A DNA stretch of 64,000 nt, from contig CAVTHK010000008.1 of NCBI GenBank assembly GCA_963734495.1, positions 1-64,000 of the forward strand. Reading direction: 5' to 3'. Positions 60,953 through 64,000 of the stretch are shown here, in pieces. The first letter of the stretch is position 1. Each line of letters starts with the position of its first letter. The notes under the pieces are model-generated. The model saw only the letters and a list, made by a program, of their open reading frames with translations, was not told the origin of the DNA and ran no database searches. This stretch comes from an uncultured Spirochaetota bacterium. Its GTDB lineage: Bacteria; Spirochaetota; Spirochaetia; SZUA-6; CAVTHK01. The translations under genes and the position numbers were made by a program.

Positions 60953-61779
60953 CCCGGACCCGGCGGCTCGGCGCGCGCATCGGGCTGTTCCTGATCTTCG
61001 GGGCAGCGGCCCTCGTGATCATATTCCCCTTCTACTGGATGGCGGTCTCTTCGCTGCGCACCAACGGCCAGATCTTCAGCGCCGATTTCAATCTGATACC
61101 GAAGTCGATCACCTGGAAGAACTACCACGACCTGTTCACGACGACGCTGTTCTTCCGCTGGGTTCTGAACTCCCTGATCGTCGCGGCATCCACGACGCTG
61201 CTCGGCGTGTTCTTCAGCACGTTCGCCGGCTTCGCGTTCGCGAAATACAGGTTCGCGGGCGCCGGCGTACTGTTCATGTCGATCTTCGTGATGGTCTCGG
61301 TCCCCCGTTTCGTCACCATCATCCCGATCTTCAAAGTCCTGTCCGACCTGTCGCTGACCAACACCTACGCCGCACTGATCCTGCCGTTTGCCGTCAACCC
61401 CTTTGCGGTCTTCCTGATGAGGCAGTACATCCGCAGCGTTCCCGACGACCTGCTGGACAGCGCCCGCATCGACGGCCTGAACGAGCTCGGGCTCGTGGCG
61501 AGGATCGTCGCGCCGACCATCCGGCCGGCCATCGGCGCGGCCGGGATCTTCATCCTGATGTCTTCGTGGAACGACTTCCTCTTTCCGCTCATCCTGATGG
61601 GGGACCCCGAGATGACGCTTTTCCCCGTCGGCCTGTCGTCGCTCAAGACGCTCTACGTGATCGAGTGGGGCATGATCATGGCAGGCTCGCTCCTCTCGAC
61701 CCTGCCGCTGATCATCGCCTTCCTGTTCCTGCAGCGGCAGTTCGTCGCCGGGCTGACCGAAGGGTCGATCAAGGGATAG
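60949..61779 (+). CDS. Carbohydrate ABC permease (MalG-like)
   Basis: FPFYWM, LLDSARIDG, WNDFLFP, QRQFVAGLTEGSIKG; GTG overlaps the upstream stop. Confidence 0.93.
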   Translation: MTRTRRLGARIGLFLIFGAAALVIIFPFYWMAVSSLRTNGQIFSADFNLIPKSITWKNYHDLFTTTLFFRWVLNSLIVAASTTLLGVFFSTFAGFAFAKYRFAGAGVLFMSIFVMVSVPRFVTIIPIFKVLSDLSLTNTYAALILPFAVNPFAVFLMRQYIRSVPDDLLDSARIDGLNELGLVARIVAPTIRPAIGAAGIFILMSSWNDFLFPLILMGDPEMTLFPVGLSSLKTLYVIEWGMIMAGSLLSTLPLIIAFLFLQRQFVAGLTEGSIKG

Positions 61780-61910
61780 CGGACTTCGCTGCGACCTTCT
61801 TGATCGTTCCGCGGCACCGGGCCTGCCAGGCAGGTCGGTTCGTTCTGGAAAAAATTGAAAGTCCGTCGTGCGCGGGCTACCTGTATAGGATGACAGAAAA
61901 GGAGTCTCCA

Positions 61911-62999
61911 GTGAAGAAGCTCGTGCCTCTGGTCTCACTGGCACTGATCGTGTTCTGCGCCGCCGCATTCGCGGCTCCCCCGTACGTGGATGTGCCTGTG
62001 AACTCTTCGAAGCAGACCTCGACGGTCACCGGCTACGGTCTTCCTTCGTTCTTCGGCGCCGCCACCGACTACCACGCAGTCTTCAAGTTCTCGCCGCTGG
62101 CGCCCGGGAAGCGCTACGAGGTCACGCTGACCTACGACGCGGGCACGGACATCGGCTACGGCCACAGCTGGATAGACGGCGACCCGATGGGCAAGGACTA
62201 CGCCTCGTTCGTGGGCATAGGGACGGGCACCGGGACACGCGAGCTGAAGGGCAAGGAGGACAAGTTTCTCTTTACCGTCGACCCGAAGAGCACCTCGAGC
62301 GTGCTGTACCTGGTCGTGCGTTCCAACAAGCCGTGGAAGCTCGCCGCGACCCTGACGGACCGCGCGTCGGGCCTTACGCGCAACTCGCAGGACAAGTGGG
62401 GCTACTACTACGTGAACGATTTCGACTTCGACCGGACCTCGCCATTCCTGCTCAAGCGCAGCGGCGCTCCCGCCGCGGCCGCCCCGCAGACCGCGGCATC
62501 GGGCTACGTCGACGTCGCCAACGGCGATACGAAGAACGCCGCCACCGCGGCGGGCTTCTCCTGGATGCCGAACTACCTCGGCGGGCCCGAAGGCTTCTAC
62601 GCCATCTTCCGGCTCGGGCCGCTCGGCCCGGGGAAACGCTACGAGGCGACGATGACCTTCGACGCGGGTACCGACATCGGCTACGGCCACAGCTGGGTCG
62701 ACGGCGACCCCAGGGGCAAGGACATCGCCTCTTTCGTCGGTATCGGCACGGGCACCGGCACCCGCGAGATGAAGGGCGCCGAGAAGAAGTTCCTGTTCAC
62801 GGTGGACCCGAAAAGCACCGCGGCTTTTCTCTACGTCGTGCTCCGGTCGAACAAGCCGTTCAACCTGTCGTTCGGCCTGACCGACCGGCTCTCCGGCGTC
62901 ACGCCCAACAGTCAGGACAAGTGGGGCTACTACTACGTGACCGATTTCGACGCGGACCGGAACGCCCCGTTCGTGCTGACGCGGGGCCCTGCCAGGTGA
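61911..62999 (+). CDS. Exported protein composed of two tandem copies of an unrecognised ~160-aa domain
   Basis: AAGGAG SD, Sec signal peptide (KKLVPL...AAFA), repeats at 61983-62459 and 62505-62983 joined by an Ala-rich linker. Confidence 0.85.
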   Translation: MKKLVPLVSLALIVFCAAAFAAPPYVDVPVNSSKQTSTVTGYGLPSFFGAATDYHAVFKFSPLAPGKRYEVTLTYDAGTDIGYGHSWIDGDPMGKDYASFVGIGTGTGTRELKGKEDKFLFTVDPKSTSSVLYLVVRSNKPWKLAATLTDRASGLTRNSQDKWGYYYVNDFDFDRTSPFLLKRSGAPAAAAPQTAASGYVDVANGDTKNAATAAGFSWMPNYLGGPEGFYAIFRLGPLGPGKRYEATMTFDAGTDIGYGHSWVDGDPRGKDIASFVGIGTGTGTREMKGAEKKFLFTVDPKSTAAFLYVVLRSNKPFNLSFGLTDRLSGVTPNSQDKWGYYYVTDFDADRNAPFVLTRGPAR

Positions 63000-63229
63000 C
63001 GTCCTCCCCGGGAGCGCCCGTCCGCGACACGGGCATCAGCCCTGCCGCGCCGGGCGCCGCCCGAGGCATCCGAATGGCCGCCTGCCGAAAGGGACGCCTT
63101 GTTCGTCCAGGCCTTGGCCATCGACGGAGAGCTCCGGCAGAGCAGTCCAGCTCGCGTCGTCACCCCGGCGCCGCCGTCGGAGGCTCTCGCCTCTCTGTCC
63201 ACGAGTTGCTTATCTTCTTCTGACCCTAT

Positions 63230-64000
63230 ATGTCCGAGACTCCTGACGCACGCGTGGGCCTTGCGGCAACGGCGGCCGTGACAACGTCGTCGACGGTCTT
63301 CCCCATCCTGATCGCCATCAGCCTGTCGCACCTCCTGAACGACACCCTGCAGTCTCTGATCCCGGCAGTCTACCCGCTGGTCAAGCAGTCCTTCGGGCTC
63401 ACCTTTGCCCAGGTCGGCCTCATCACCTTCACCTTCCAGCTCACCGCCTCCCTCCTGCAGCCGGTGGTGGGCGCGCTGACGGATCGCAGACCGCAGCCGT
63501 TCTCCCTCGCCGTGGGGATGGGGTTCACGCTGACGGGTCTCGTGCTTCTCTCCTTCGCCCGCACGTACGAAGCTCTGCTGATCTCGGTCGGCCTCGTGGG
63601 GCTCGGCTCCTCCGTGTTTCATCCTGAGTCGTCCCGGGTCGCCTATATGGCCGCAGGCGGCCGCAGGGGCCTGGCGCAGTCGGTCTTCCAGGTCGGGGGC
63701 AACGCCGGCTCCTCGCTCGGGCCTCTGCTGGCCGCGGTGATCGTCGCGTCTCGCGGGACGGCTCACGTGATCTGGTTCGCTCCGCTCGCGGTCCTGGGCA
63801 TCGTGATCCTGTCCCGGGTCGGCCTCTGGTACCGGCGCAGGATCGGCGGCGTCGCGAGGGCCCTGCGCCCGGCGATGGGTCCCGCGGCCGGCTTGTCCCG
63901 ATCGCGGGTCGCCGTATCGGTGGCGATTCTTCTCGTGTTGATCTTTTCCAAGTACTTCTACCTCGCGGGGATAACCAGCTACTACACGTTCTACCTGATT
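63230..64000 (+). CDS. MFS transporter, Fsr (fosmidomycin-resistance) family, truncated by the window edge
   Basis: My translation from ATG 63230: SLSHLLNDTLQSLIPAVYP, TASLLQPVVG, SSVFHPESSR, GLAQSVFQVGGNAG, LIFSKYFY. Not in the ORF track because it has no stop in the window. Confidence 0.9.
   Translation, partial: MSETPDARVGLAATAAVTTSSTVFPILIAISLSHLLNDTLQSLIPAVYPLVKQSFGLTFAQVGLITFTFQLTASLLQPVVGALTDRRPQPFSLAVGMGFTLTGLVLLSFARTYEALLISVGLVGLGSSVFHPESSRVAYMAAGGRRGLAQSVFQVGGNAGSSLGPLLAAVIVASRGTAHVIWFAPLAVLGIVILSRVGLWYRRRIGGVARALRPAMGPAAGLSRSRVAVSVAILLVLIFSKYFYLAGITSYYTFYLI

Noticed and set aside
58756..61779. 1007-aa SBP-permease fusion
   Set aside because: Artefact of the frameshift at about 59426; the middle is out-of-frame sequence over the SBP C-terminus and the first permease.
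46384..61779. Both ABC systems lack an ATPase gene
   Set aside because: Common for CUT1 sugar importers that share a MsmK/MalK ATPase encoded elsewhere.
63230..64000. Fsr-family exporter linked to the absence of dxr (fosmidomycin target)
   Set aside because: Fsr-family MFS proteins are widespread with unknown substrates; there is no evidence of a link.

Overview
This is a GC-rich chromosomal segment of a spirochaete. The assignment rests on FlgE with K165/C178, flbD, FliY, spirochaete-type signal peptides and Treponema/Borrelia-like gene order. 1-17.6 kb is the large flagellar operon (flgD flgE flbD fliL fliM fliY fliO fliP fliQ fliR flhB flhA flhF flhG flgV-like fliA fapA, two conserved hypotheticals), with no motA/motB at their usual position. 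17.6-31.3 kb carries a Maf flagellin glycosyltransferase, a class B PBP, a LysM/M23 peptidase, a beta-solenoid membrane protein, secA, a lipoprotein, nnr, a HAD and hypotheticals. 31.7-44.9 kb holds rpsF-ssb-rpsR-DUF2232-rplI-dnaB, converging on maf-rpsB-tsf-frr-uppS-cdsA-rseP-CpXC-WD40 (no dxr). 45-64 kb is an accessory carbohydrate island: FadR regulator, two sugar ABC systems, a 2-hydroxyacid dehydrogenase, GH2, a STAND-LuxR regulator, an uncharacterised cytoplasmic gene pair, a secreted protein made of two copies of an unrecognised domain, and an Fsr-type MFS cut by the window edge. At least five genes carry single-base frameshifts that look like assembly errors. I saw no tRNA, rRNA, CRISPR array or mobile element. 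All family calls come from motif recognition; no database searches were run.
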